From positions 19,133 through 83,132 of the forward strand of contig CAYIWY010000005.1 of assembly GCA_964367355.1 (NCBI GenBank): a DNA stretch of 64,000 nucleotides, in the 5' to 3' direction. Origin of the DNA: an uncultured Gammaproteobacteria bacterium. GTDB lineage: Bacteria; Patescibacteriota; Microgenomatia; Woykebacterales; RBG-16-39-9b. The notes below the pieces were generated by a model that was given only the letters and a program-made list of their open reading frames with translations, was not told the DNA's origin and made no database searches. Shown here piece after piece: positions 8,630-17,993 of the stretch (its first letter is position 1; every line of letters starts with the position of its first letter). The position numbers and the translations under genes are program-made.

Positions 8630-9571
8630 TTGCCAAAAAAGAGGAAGGATCTTCAAGTTGTTGCGTCTTGGATTGATAGGAGGATTATTAAGTCGCAGAA
8701 ACCTTCGGTTCTGCAATTAGCTCACGCTAAGAGCTACTTTGTCATTGAATGGGACCGGCCGAGGCTGCCGCCGTTGCAAGAGACTGGTTTCAAAGGTCCC
8801 AACAACTTAATGTACATTTCTGCAGGAAGTGTGCTTAACAGTCGTTGGATTACCATGGGAAGACATTCATACATGCGAAGATTTCTGGACAAACCAGAAG
8901 ACTTACAGCGGTTGGGAATCTATATCAAAAACGGTGTTCCCACAGTTCGGATCTATGAAGTTATTGACGGCCTTGCTTTTGCGGAGAGAAAAAGTGATCA
9001 CATGCTGGCTGGTTACCAGGAGGAACTGGCAAGTTTGCGCAATACCCTGAAGGAAGCCGAAATTCTTCTCGGGGATTTGTCGAAAGGCATGCCTCGCGAA
9101 AGACGGGTTAAACTAGAACTTCTAAGCTTCCGAACCAGCAAGCGGATTGAGAACATTCAGGCAATCATTGCTGACCATGCTTTCCGGCAAGTAAATTTGC
9201 ACTTTGCCTTCGAGCGGGCAGTCAGTCGTCTGAATGAGATGGCAGTGCTTTTGGAAAGGATTGTTTATCATGTTCGCACCCGTACGATACGAGTTGGTGC
9301 GATTCAAGTGGTGACAAACCGAATACTTTCAGAACTGCCCTTCTTTAATAGTAAGGAGATTCGTCTGGAAGTAAACAGTGCCAAACTGGTCTTGAGTGAA
9401 ATTTCGAGAGATGAGGACAAGCACTCAGTTGCAACGTGGTTAACTTCTGAAAAACTGCAAAAGACGGCTGATTATTTGTTCACTGCTTCTTCAAAACTTC
9501 TAGCTGCAGCGCTTGATGTACCAGAAGAAGAAAAACGGAGTGCTCGAGAGATTCTAACATTTGGACCGTAG
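8630..9571 (+). CDS. hypothetical protein
   Basis: 313-aa ORF, no recognisable family; 11-bp stem plus T-run terminator at 9575-9612 supports a real transcription unit. Confidence 0.4.
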   Translation: MPKKRKDLQVVASWIDRRIIKSQKPSVLQLAHAKSYFVIEWDRPRLPPLQETGFKGPNNLMYISAGSVLNSRWITMGRHSYMRRFLDKPEDLQRLGIYIKNGVPTVRIYEVIDGLAFAERKSDHMLAGYQEELASLRNTLKEAEILLGDLSKGMPRERRVKLELLSFRTSKRIENIQAIIADHAFRQVNLHFAFERAVSRLNEMAVLLERIVYHVRTRTIRVGAIQVVTNRILSELPFFNSKEIRLEVNSAKLVLSEISRDEDKHSVATWLTSEKLQKTADYLFTASSKLLAAALDVPEEEKRSAREILTFGP

Positions 9572-9676
9572 TATCAATAAAGCCTTGTGCAATTAGTGCG
9601 CAGGGCTTTTCTTTTTGAAAAGAAAAAACCCGGCAGTCCAGTGGTCACGAATTGACTTAGGCTGTCGGGTTCACAT

Positions 9677-10084
9677 TTACGCTTCTCGAGGGGCTCCACT
9701 GAATGACACCAGGGTTGGGTCGTCCACGTAGTCCGGATCGGCGTACATTCCCGGATAGTCGACTTTTCTCTTTGAGGTCAGGTTGTGAACATCGTACTCG
9801 ATCGAACCAATTCGTTTTGAAGTCGAGTACCTTGCTGTGAACTTTGACCAGAAACCACGGATATGCAGTTCTCCTGTCAAATCCCAGACTTCTGGACCAG
9901 GAGCTCTGGTGCAACCGTGGATGATTGCTTCTACATTTCTTCTTGTAAGTCTCGATGGTGCCTCACCATAAACGATCGTTAGGTGGACAGAACGAAACAT
10001 ACCACCTGGTAGGTCGAACATTGCCACCGATAGGTCCCACTTGCTTGGACCATCTTTGATCTCTGCGCGTGGCATACACCACAC
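9677..10084 (-). CDS. hypothetical protein
   Basis: 135-aa ORF; minus-strand hairpin plus U-run terminator at about 9617-9670. Confidence 0.35.
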   Translation of the reverse strand: MWCMPRAEIKDGPSKWDLSVAMFDLPGGMFRSVHLTIVYGEAPSRLTRRNVEAIIHGCTRAPGPEVWDLTGELHIRGFWSKFTARYSTSKRIGSIEYDVHNLTSKRKVDYPGMYADPDYVDDPTLVSFSGAPREA

Positions 10085-10160
10085 CTCCTGAAACTAACAT
10101 CCCAACCATCCGGAAAGGAATAAGCTTATTGTAGCATAATAAACCGAGAAAGTCAAGACT

Positions 10161-10583
10161 ATGGGTTTGACTTTTAGGCTGATTTGTGGTATAATTCTTA
10201 TTAGTAAGTTGGAAGCTAGGAGGGCTGCAGTGGTCGACTGTCAAGGCTGTTCGAAAACGGATATGACCAACGGCTATGGTTACTGCAAAGATTGCGAGAA
10301 GATTTTCTGCAATCTCTGCCTCGGTAACCACCAGTGTTCGAAGAGGAAGAAGAAGGAGACCAAAACTTCGAGCAAGATCGTTCAGCTCCCGGTTCGGACG
10401 AAGAAAGGTGTGAAGCTTGACTACTTTCGAACTCTGACCCGTGATTGTCCAAACTGCGAACAGAAGATGACTTTCGCTGAAGGTTGTCTGTTCTGCCCAA
10501 ACTGTGGACGGACAATTAAAGGAGTGATAATACTGAGTGATTCCCGTCCTGTGAGCATTAAGGCCGCCAATCGGAAACGATAA
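10161..10583 (+). CDS. Cys-rich zinc-ribbon protein (multiple CxxC pairs)
   Basis: CQGC, CKDCEKIFCNLC, CPNCEQ...CLFCPNCG; true start may be an internal Met. Confidence 0.4.
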   Translation: MGLTFRLICGIILISKLEARRAAVVDCQGCSKTDMTNGYGYCKDCEKIFCNLCLGNHQCSKRKKKETKTSSKIVQLPVRTKKGVKLDYFRTLTRDCPNCEQKMTFAEGCLFCPNCGRTIKGVIILSDSRPVSIKAANRKR

Positions 10584-10698
10584 CTGGCGGTCTTTCTCTT
10601 TTTAAAATATTCGTCAAACTCATCATTTTGCTGCGTAAAAAGTAGAAACCGCGAAAGAGAGAAAACTCAATCGCGGTTAAATAATGAGCTTATTTACC

Positions 10699-11844
10699 TC
10701 ACTCTACCTTATTGTCGGATGTTATCAGTTTGCCGGTGGGTATCTTCGGTTGTTTCCCGTCGATAGTAAAACCAAACAGGGCATCAGGTGGAAAGTTCGG
10801 ACAAGACCAAGCAAAAGTTGGCACCCCAACTTTAGACTCTTTTAATTCACGTCTTTTTTGGGCTTGTTCGAGACTATAACACTGGTGTTGCCACTCAATA
10901 TGCAAGTGGCTGCCATCACCAGTTGAGCTGCAAACAAAACCAGAATTGCCAGCTTGGGCGATTGGTTGACCTTGTTGGACTATGTCTCCAACTTTTACCA
11001 AGGCCGAATCTTGTAGAAGATGGACATAGGTCAGATTGACATCTTTGGAGGTTTGAATAACGATGACGTTGGTCTGGTCGCGAAGATTGCTAGAACACGA
11101 TCCAGCTCCAAAACTGTCTTCAATCCAAAGTACCATCCCCATTTCCGAGGCAACTATAGTATCCCCTTTCGTCATGTCAATGTCATAAGCACGGGTCGTT
11201 TTATGTTCCCCAACTCCGGGCAAAACCGTGAACTTGTGGCTTATTCCAGCTGGCCAAGGAAGTTTATAAACTGGCTCTTCCGCAAAAGCTCGTTTCCCAA
11301 TGATCCTGTTTCCGAGCTGGTCCGTGTTTGTTGGAACGAACGTTACTTCAGTGTAAACGTCATTGAAATCCCGATCGGTATAGTCCTCCCAAGAAATTGT
11401 CCAGCTCTCCCCACCGTTGTGACGGATTCGGGCATGACTTGGATTGGTGGAAACCCGACTGGTTTTACAAAAACCAGGAGTGCTAATTCCGAGAATTATT
11501 TCTGTTCCAGCTGGATATGGTCCAATCTCGACGTTTTGAATCCCAGCTCCGTAATTGTGAAGTAAAATCTGCTCTGCATTTTTTTCCGTACCCGGAGTTT
11601 TCCCTTTGTCCTTTGGCTTATTACTCGGCGAAGAATAAATCAATTTAAGTTCTGGGCTGACCAAAACCAATTGACCCTGTTTACAGATCGCTTTTCCTGG
11701 CCAAGTCCTTAATACTACTGTGGATTCTTTTCCCAGAATCAGCTTTCCACTAACAGTAGAAGTTGTAGGTAAATAACCCGCAGCCTCTGCTTTAGTCAAC
11801 GACAAAACTAGCCAAAAAGCCAGGGTAAGAAATACCCAACGCAT
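10699..11844 (-). CDS. secreted M23-family (LytM-like) metallopeptidase
   Basis: 381 aa; signal peptide; YVHL...GQPIAQAGNSG...GSHLHIE (HxxxD / HxH M23 motifs). Confidence 0.7.
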   Translation of the reverse strand: MRWVFLTLAFWLVLSLTKAEAAGYLPTTSTVSGKLILGKESTVVLRTWPGKAICKQGQLVLVSPELKLIYSSPSNKPKDKGKTPGTEKNAEQILLHNYGAGIQNVEIGPYPAGTEIILGISTPGFCKTSRVSTNPSHARIRHNGGESWTISWEDYTDRDFNDVYTEVTFVPTNTDQLGNRIIGKRAFAEEPVYKLPWPAGISHKFTVLPGVGEHKTTRAYDIDMTKGDTIVASEMGMVLWIEDSFGAGSCSSNLRDQTNVIVIQTSKDVNLTYVHLLQDSALVKVGDIVQQGQPIAQAGNSGFVCSSTGDGSHLHIEWQHQCYSLEQAQKRRELKESKVGVPTFAWSCPNFPPDALFGFTIDGKQPKIPTGKLITSDNKVE

Positions 11845-12200
11845 GAAGTCTCTCCTACTAGCGGAATTTGTGGTTGTTAAAGTGCGCTTCTTAGTATCGG
11901 TCTACTCGATTGATCGCGTCAATATCCAATAATTAACTACTTTTACGTCGCACAATGGTTGCTTTCTGCGTAGAGATTAGTTAAACTTTACTTAATGCTC
12001 TCCTCAAAGATCGTAATTATTCTGGCAAGTTCTCTGACGGGTCTACTTTTAGGTCTCCTTTCCTACCCTTTAGTTTTACGCTTACTTGGAAACAACCATT
12101 ATCAAATGACAGAAGAGCTTATATCTGTTGCTGTGGGTTTGTGTATTTCAATTTTTGCAGGTGTAACTATTGGCAATATTTTGGAAAGAAGGTTGAAAAA

Positions 12201-13124
12201 ATGACACTTTCCAAACACATTACTGACTTTCTCGAACATCTTGAAATTGAAAAAAATGCGGCGCAACTGACGATTCGCAATTATGATCATTATTTAAAAC
12301 GCTTCGTCGATTTTGCTGGTGATATTGAGCCCAAGGGTATTAATCAAGAAATGGTGCGTAAATATCGCGTTTTTCTCGCTCGGTGGGAGGATCCTAAAAG
12401 TGGTTTGTCTTTGAAAAAAGTTACCCAAAATTATTTTGTCATTGCCTTGCGGGCTTTTCTGCGTTATTTAGCCAAAAACGACATTGAAACTTTAGCAGCG
12501 GAAAAAATTGAACTCGGTGATCAAGATCCGCGTCCGATTAAAGTTCTCGATACCGACCAACTTTCGCGTCTACTATCTTCCCCGGATATTGGAACTAATG
12601 ACGGTTTACGTGACAAAGCTATTCTCGAAACCTTGTTTTCCACTGGGCTGCGGGTTAGCGAATTACAAAAACTCAACCGCGATAAGATTAACCTCTCACG
12701 TCGGGAATTTGGAATTGTTGGCAAAGGGGGAAAAGAGCGAGTTGTTTTTATTTCTGACGACGCGGCCGATTGGATTGATCGTTATTTAAAAACGCGGTCG
12801 GATCGTTACAATCCTCTATTTATCCGTTATTCCGGAGGCGAAGATCCCAGTAAGAACGGTGAAAAAATGCGCCTCTCCGTGCGCTCGATTGAACGAGTAT
12901 TAGATAAGTATGTAAGAAAGGCACAAATTCCGATCAAAGCTTCGCCGCATACTTTGCGCCACTCTTTTGCCACAGACTTATTAATTAATGGTGCCGATAT
13001 CCGTAGTGTTCAAGAAATGCTTGGACATGCCAACATCGCTACCACTCAAATCTATACGCACATCACTAATAAACATCTGAAAGACGTTCATAAGGCTTTT
13101 CATAGTGGAAATAAGGATCAATAA
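12201..13124 (+). CDS. tyrosine site-specific recombinase, XerC/XerD family
   Basis: C-terminal HTLRHSFATDLL...LGHANIATTQIYTHI catalytic motifs; start taken at Met after a small overlapping upstream ORF. Confidence 0.85.
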   Translation: MTLSKHITDFLEHLEIEKNAAQLTIRNYDHYLKRFVDFAGDIEPKGINQEMVRKYRVFLARWEDPKSGLSLKKVTQNYFVIALRAFLRYLAKNDIETLAAEKIELGDQDPRPIKVLDTDQLSRLLSSPDIGTNDGLRDKAILETLFSTGLRVSELQKLNRDKINLSRREFGIVGKGGKERVVFISDDAADWIDRYLKTRSDRYNPLFIRYSGGEDPSKNGEKMRLSVRSIERVLDKYVRKAQIPIKASPHTLRHSFATDLLINGADIRSVQEMLGHANIATTQIYTHITNKHLKDVHKAFHSGNKDQ

Positions 13125-13225
13125 GAATTAATCCTTGCGCTTAGAAAGCTAAAGGATCAATAAGCTTTGGCTTGCGCCTTTGAAGGCTAAAGAATTAATC
13201 CTTGCGCTTAAGAAAGCTAAAAGAA
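13113..13225. repeat. tandem/interleaved direct repeats at the 3' end of the recombinase gene: aaggatcaataag twice; aattaatccttgcgctta(a)gaaagctaaa twice
   Basis: read directly from sequence; hairpin plus T-run terminator follows at about 13240-13275. Confidence 0.6.
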
Positions 13226-13425
13226 GAATAAAAAAAGGAAAAGACCCACTGAAAGTGAGTCTTTATAAATTTAGTAAATTCTTATCCCTCTTTTCTTCCG
13301 ACGACTAGGTGTAAATAAAAAGCCCCAGGATTCCAATTTTTTCTTCGGTTGTTTCGCCCGGGCAATTCGTGAAGGTTTCTTGCGCATCGCACTGCGGTGG
13401 TCAAAGTTTGGGCCCTTTCGATACG

Positions 13426-13725
13426 TTAGCCGCATTCGTTAGCCAATCTCCTCCAGGTGGTGATCTCTGTGCTGATTGCCGTTTCAATTTCCGAAACCAT
13501 TTGACTACTGGTATTGGGGTCCGAAGATAGTCCCAAATGCAAAGGTTGACAGGTCTCCAAAATTGCCTGCTGTGTTTTGTTGGTAATCAGATCTTCAACA
13601 AACGCTCTGCGTGTCAATGCTTGAACAGTGGTAAAGCCAGTGTCAAAGCGTAAGGCAGTCAGTAATGCGTGCTTGAGGCTTCGTAACTGGTCAATTTGAT
13701 CCTTGGTAGACGTCGTCAACCTCAT
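13426..13725 (-). CDS. hypothetical protein (GC-rich island)
   Basis: 99-aa ORF. Confidence 0.3.
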   Translation of the reverse strand: MRLTTSTKDQIDQLRSLKHALLTALRFDTGFTTVQALTRRAFVEDLITNKTQQAILETCQPLHLGLSSDPNTSSQMVSEIETAISTEITTWRRLANECG

Positions 13726-13823
13726 CTCCTTTGATTTTACCCCTTTGAAAACTTTTTATATCATAACTATAAGATAAAGGAAAGCCTCAACTTTGTTAAG
13801 TTAAGGCTTTTTGTGGGTCTGAC

Positions 13824-14129
13824 CTAGGAGACTGCCGCTTGTTTTTCCGGAAAGACATCCTTCAGGCCGATGCAGAAAAGATTGTGTAGGCGCCAGAGGT
13901 TTCTTTCCCAGTATTTAGTTGTCTCCAAGTGTTGGCGGACTTTCTCGAGATGCTTCTGTATGTAGCTCAAGAGATTCTTAAGTGCATCTTCGACAATAAT
14001 CCCCAAACGCAGAGCCTCGTTAAGGGTGTTAATTAACCGATGTTCCGTGTCCATGACATCCTGTTCCCGAACGTCCTTTGGGCGGGCTTCGACAATCAGT
14101 TGGTTGAAAAGACCGTAACTCCCTTCCAT
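13824..14129 (-). CDS. hypothetical protein (GC-rich island)
   Basis: 101-aa ORF. Confidence 0.3.
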   Translation of the reverse strand: MEGSYGLFNQLIVEARPKDVREQDVMDTEHRLINTLNEALRLGIIVEDALKNLLSYIQKHLEKVRQHLETTKYWERNLWRLHNLFCIGLKDVFPEKQAAVS

Positions 14130-14347
14130 GGTACCTCCCTGCCAGTGCTTGCTTGTTTAACTTAAGGATACGCCTCGCAAATTTTGATTGTCAAGAAAGT
14201 TTGTTCCAGTATCCACACTCTTAGTTCGAGGGTCAGGCCCGTAGGCGTAGTTTGTTTAGCGAAGAGTAAAGGTTTGCTTTTTCAGTAGGCTTGAATTAAC
14301 ATTATTCACAATATGCTGCTAAAGCATCAGTAATTTGAAGATAAATT

Positions 14348-15580
14348 ATGGAAATAGAAAAAACTGATCCGGTAATTGCAAAATTAATTAATAAAGAAAA
14401 ACTCAGACAAGAGTCTGTCTTAAATCTCGTAGCTAGCGAAAACTATGTTTCAGTTGCAATCAGAGAAGCTTCAGGTTCTGTTTTAACCAATAAATACGCC
14501 GAAGGCTATCCCAGAAAACGCTATTACGGTGGAACTGCCGTTATTGACGAAGTGGAACAACTGGCGATCGAGAGAGCCAAAAAACTTTTCGGTGCCGAAC
14601 ATGCCAATGTCCAACCCTACTCTGGGACAAACCCAAACTTAGCTGTTTATTTTGCCGTAATGGAACCAGGAGATACCGCTATGGCGATGAATTTGCAAGC
14701 CGGTGGTCACCTTTCGCACGGCTCTCCCATGTCGATTTCAGGAAAAATATTTAACTTTGTTCAGTACGGGGTTAACTTAGAAACTGAACTTCTAGATTAT
14801 TCTGAAATTGAAAAAATTGCAAAGAAAGAAAAACCAAAATTGATTGTTGCTGGTGCGTCAGCCTACAGTCGGTTAATCGATTATAAACGCTTTCGAGAAA
14901 TTGCCGATTCGGTCGGTGCCTACTTACTCGTGGATATGGCCCACATTGCCGGATTGGTTGCAGCTAAAGTTATTCCCTCTCCAATTCCACATGCCCATTT
15001 TGTGACTAGTTCAACCCACAAAACTTTGCGTGGTCCCAGAGGTGGTTTGATACTTTGCAAAGAAGAATTTGCTGAGAAAGTCGATAAAGCTCTTTTCCCG
15101 GGTCTTCAAGGTGGCCCACTAGAAAATATTATTGCTGCTAAAGCTGTAGCCCTCGAAGAGGCAGCAAAACCGAAATTTAAAATCTATGCTGAAAACATAA
15201 TTAACAATGCGAAAAGTTTAGCTGAAAATTTGGAAGCAGAGGGTTTTCGGATTGTGTCCGGTGGAACCGATAACCACTTATTAAATATTGATTTTGGCAA
15301 TGATGGTTTGACTGGAAAGGAGGCGGAAAGCATTCTCGAATCAGTCAATATTATTGTTAACCGTGAAGTTGTGCCCCGCGACACTCGTAAGCCTTATATT
15401 GCCTCTGGTATTCGACTCGGTACTTCGGTGGTAACAACCAGAAAAATGGGACAAGAACAAATGAAAACTATCGCCCAGTTGGTAGCAGCTGCGCTGAAAT
15501 CCAAAGACGACCAAGCAAAAAAAACCTCTATTCTTAACGATGTAACCGATCTGACAATGCAATTTCTTTTGCCTGATTAA
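14348..15580 (+). CDS. glyA: serine hydroxymethyltransferase
   Basis: 410 aa; full-length SHMT with [15 protein letters not shown]-lysine motif. Confidence 0.95.
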   Translation: MEIEKTDPVIAKLINKEKLRQESVLNLVASENYVSVAIREASGSVLTNKYAEGYPRKRYYGGTAVIDEVEQLAIERAKKLFGAEHANVQPYSGTNPNLAVYFAVMEPGDTAMAMNLQAGGHLSHGSPMSISGKIFNFVQYGVNLETELLDYSEIEKIAKKEKPKLIVAGASAYSRLIDYKRFREIADSVGAYLLVDMAHIAGLVAAKVIPSPIPHAHFVTSSTHKTLRGPRGGLILCKEEFAEKVDKALFPGLQGGPLENIIAAKAVALEEAAKPKFKIYAENIINNAKSLAENLEAEGFRIVSGGTDNHLLNIDFGNDGLTGKEAESILESVNIIVNREVVPRDTRKPYIASGIRLGTSVVTTRKMGQEQMKTIAQLVAAALKSKDDQAKKTSILNDVTDLTMQFLLPD

Positions 15581-15703
15581 ATTTAAGTAATTACTTGCAG
15601 TAAATTTAAAAAACACGTATGCTAAAAACACTGGAATTTAGAAAATAAATAATATCGCTATTGCGATACAAGAAGCGAGCGATATAATCGCGAGACAATT
15701 ATA

Positions 15704-17977
15704 ATGCCGATCACTGCCGCGCCATCTGTAATCTTTGATTTTGCTTTTAACCCCTACGCTCTTCTTTCGTTGTTTGGTATCGTCGTAGATTTAGTTCTCA
15801 TCTATCTAATTCTTTCTCGTGGTTTGCAAAGTAGTGCCAATAAATGGTTTACCCTGTTTCTATCTTTTCTTGTCCTTTGGGGTATTGGGGAATTTCTTGG
15901 ACGTATGAGTAACAATGTAATTGCGTCCAATTTTTGGGGATCAGTCAGTTCTCCAGGATACGTTTTCATGAGTCCCGTGTTTTTCACATTTACTTTAGCC
16001 TATGTCGGTAAGGAGAGTTTCCTGGAGGGCTTTGGCAAACGGGTATTAGTTTTTGGTTCTTCCCTACTGATGATTTTTTTGGTCTGGAATACCGACCTTA
16101 TAATTGTCCATACCCTAAAAGGAATTGAAAGAGTGCCCTGGGGTTGGAATGGTCCATCTGGCGATTATTTTCCGATATTTATTGTTTGGTTGGAATCTTT
16201 TTTTATTGTCTCACTTTACCTTTTAATTCGTTATTACCGTAAGGTCTCAGATCAGCTTAAAAAAAGACAAACTCTGCTGATAATTATTGCGCTTTTGATT
16301 CCGCTTATTCCTGGAACTTTCACTGATGCGCTATTTCCGATAATTGAGGTTATTTTTCCCGGAACAGCAATTTTATTTACCTCGGTTCTGGGGATGATAA
16401 CTACTTATGCCATTTTAAAATACAAACTCTTTGTCATTAACCCGGCGACTCACTTTGCCAATATCGTGAAAACGATGAATGAGGCAATGATTGTTTTTAA
16501 CAATAATAAAGAAATTGAGTTTGCAAACGAAGCAGCGGAAAGATTGTTTGGTTATGCACTTGATGAGCTAACGCACAAAAAAATCCAAGATTTAATCAAA
16601 GATCAAAACGCACGTAATTCTTTTGAATGGAATTTTTCCGATAAACTTAACCAGGATAAACTAATCAATGGCTTTGAAATTGATTTTAATAATAAAAACG
16701 GCGAGGTTGTACCCGTTAGTTTATCGGGGGCTTCTTTGAAAGATAGTAATGGAGAGTCAGTTGGGTCGGTCATGATTGCAGCCGATATGAGAGAGTTGAA
16801 AAAACTAGTTTACAACCTTGTCGCTGAAAGAAATAAACTGAGTATTACACTTTCGGGAATTTCGGAAGGAGTTTTTGTAGTTGATAAAACTGGTGTAGTT
16901 TCCTTTTTAAATCAAGCGGCGGAAAGAATATTTGGGATGAAAGGATCTCAAGTACTCGGTAAAAAAGCTGACGATGTTTTTAAAATCGAAGACGATGACG
17001 GAAGAATTGTGGTTGAGTATTTTTTTCCGAAAGAAAAGCTTTCCAAAGATATGGTTACCTTTAGCCGCAATGGAGTAAAAATTACTCAACCAGGTGACAA
17101 GTTGGTTTTTGCTGATCTAATTGCCGCCAATATTGTTGAAGGAGAAGGTGTTAATCTCGGAGCGATTGTGACACTGCACGACGTTTCCAAGGAAAAAGAT
17201 TTGGAAGAAATGAAGCTGGACTTTGTTTCCATGGCAGCCCATGAGTTGCGTACGCCACTAACCTCGATTCGAGGCTATCTTTCCGTATTACAAGAGGAGA
17301 TTGGAAAAACCCTAAAGCCAGAGCAATCATCCTTCCTAGAAAAAGCTTTTATTTCGAGTACGCAACTGGCCGCTTTAGTTGAGAATTTACTGTCCGTTTC
17401 TCGAATTGAGCGTGGGTCATTGCAAATCCAAGCTCAACCAACCCACTGGGAGCCTTTGATAGACGAGACTTACAACAACTTCTTACCCCAAGCATCTGAA
17501 CGCCAAGTCAAACTGACCTTTGTAAAACCAAAAGAGGATCTTCCATTGGTTTTAGTCGACCGTTTTCGTATTAGCGAGGTTGTTTCCAATTTAGTTAGTA
17601 ACGCCTTGAACTACACCCCGTCTGGAGGGTCTGTCGAAATTTCCCTGGAACATAAAGATAAGGAAGTTATTACTCATGTAATTGATACTGGTCCAGGAAT
17701 TCCGGAGGCCGCCCTACCGAAGCTTTTCACCAAATTTTTCCGTGTCTCTGGTGTTTTGGAGCAAGGCTCAAAAGGGACTGGACTTGGGCTTTATATTTCA
17801 AAAGCAGTGGTTGATATGCACAAAGGACGAATCTGGGTTGAGTCAACTTTAGGAAAAGGTAGCGTCTTTTCTTTTAGTGTGCCAGTTTCGAAGGTTCAGG
17901 ATTTACCAAATTCACCAAAGTACCCGGCTGGAAAACAAATGTTTTTAAAGAAAAAAGTAGAAAAAGCTAAAAGGTAA
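15704..17977 (+). CDS. sensor histidine kinase: N-terminal multi-TM sensor, two PAS-like regions, HisKA plus HATPase_c
   Basis: 757 aa; MAAHELRTPLTSIRGYL H-box; GTGLGLYISK G2 box; no adjacent response regulator. Confidence 0.85.
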   Translation: MPITAAPSVIFDFAFNPYALLSLFGIVVDLVLIYLILSRGLQSSANKWFTLFLSFLVLWGIGEFLGRMSNNVIASNFWGSVSSPGYVFMSPVFFTFTLAYVGKESFLEGFGKRVLVFGSSLLMIFLVWNTDLIIVHTLKGIERVPWGWNGPSGDYFPIFIVWLESFFIVSLYLLIRYYRKVSDQLKKRQTLLIIIALLIPLIPGTFTDALFPIIEVIFPGTAILFTSVLGMITTYAILKYKLFVINPATHFANIVKTMNEAMIVFNNNKEIEFANEAAERLFGYALDELTHKKIQDLIKDQNARNSFEWNFSDKLNQDKLINGFEIDFNNKNGEVVPVSLSGASLKDSNGESVGSVMIAADMRELKKLVYNLVAERNKLSITLSGISEGVFVVDKTGVVSFLNQAAERIFGMKGSQVLGKKADDVFKIEDDDGRIVVEYFFPKEKLSKDMVTFSRNGVKITQPGDKLVFADLIAANIVEGEGVNLGAIVTLHDVSKEKDLEEMKLDFVSMAAHELRTPLTSIRGYLSVLQEEIGKTLKPEQSSFLEKAFISSTQLAALVENLLSVSRIERGSLQIQAQPTHWEPLIDETYNNFLPQASERQVKLTFVKPKEDLPLVLVDRFRISEVVSNLVSNALNYTPSGGSVEISLEHKDKEVITHVIDTGPGIPEAALPKLFTKFFRVSGVLEQGSKGTGLGLYISKAVVDMHKGRIWVESTLGKGSVFSFSVPVSKVQDLPNSPKYPAGKQMFLKKKVEKAKR

Positions 17978-17993
17978 GGTTTTAGAAAAAGGG

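Noticed and set aside
9677-10084. ADP-ribosyltransferase toxin, on the basis of an STS tripeptide
   Set aside because: No downstream ExE motif or upstream catalytic Arg context. An isolated STS is uninformative.
9963-10331. 122-aa minus-strand ORF
   Set aside because: It overlaps the Cys-rich zinc-ribbon gene and the 9677-10084 gene. No independent support.
13113-13225. CRISPR array
   Set aside because: Only two copies of each repeat, interleaved rather than repeat-spacer periodic, and no cas genes. No CRISPR elsewhere in the window.
14130-14347. Riboswitch (ZTP/THF/glycine) in the 215-nt glyA leader
   Set aside because: No recognisable conserved cores (e.g. GGGUCGUGACUGGCG for ZTP). Cannot be supported by eye.
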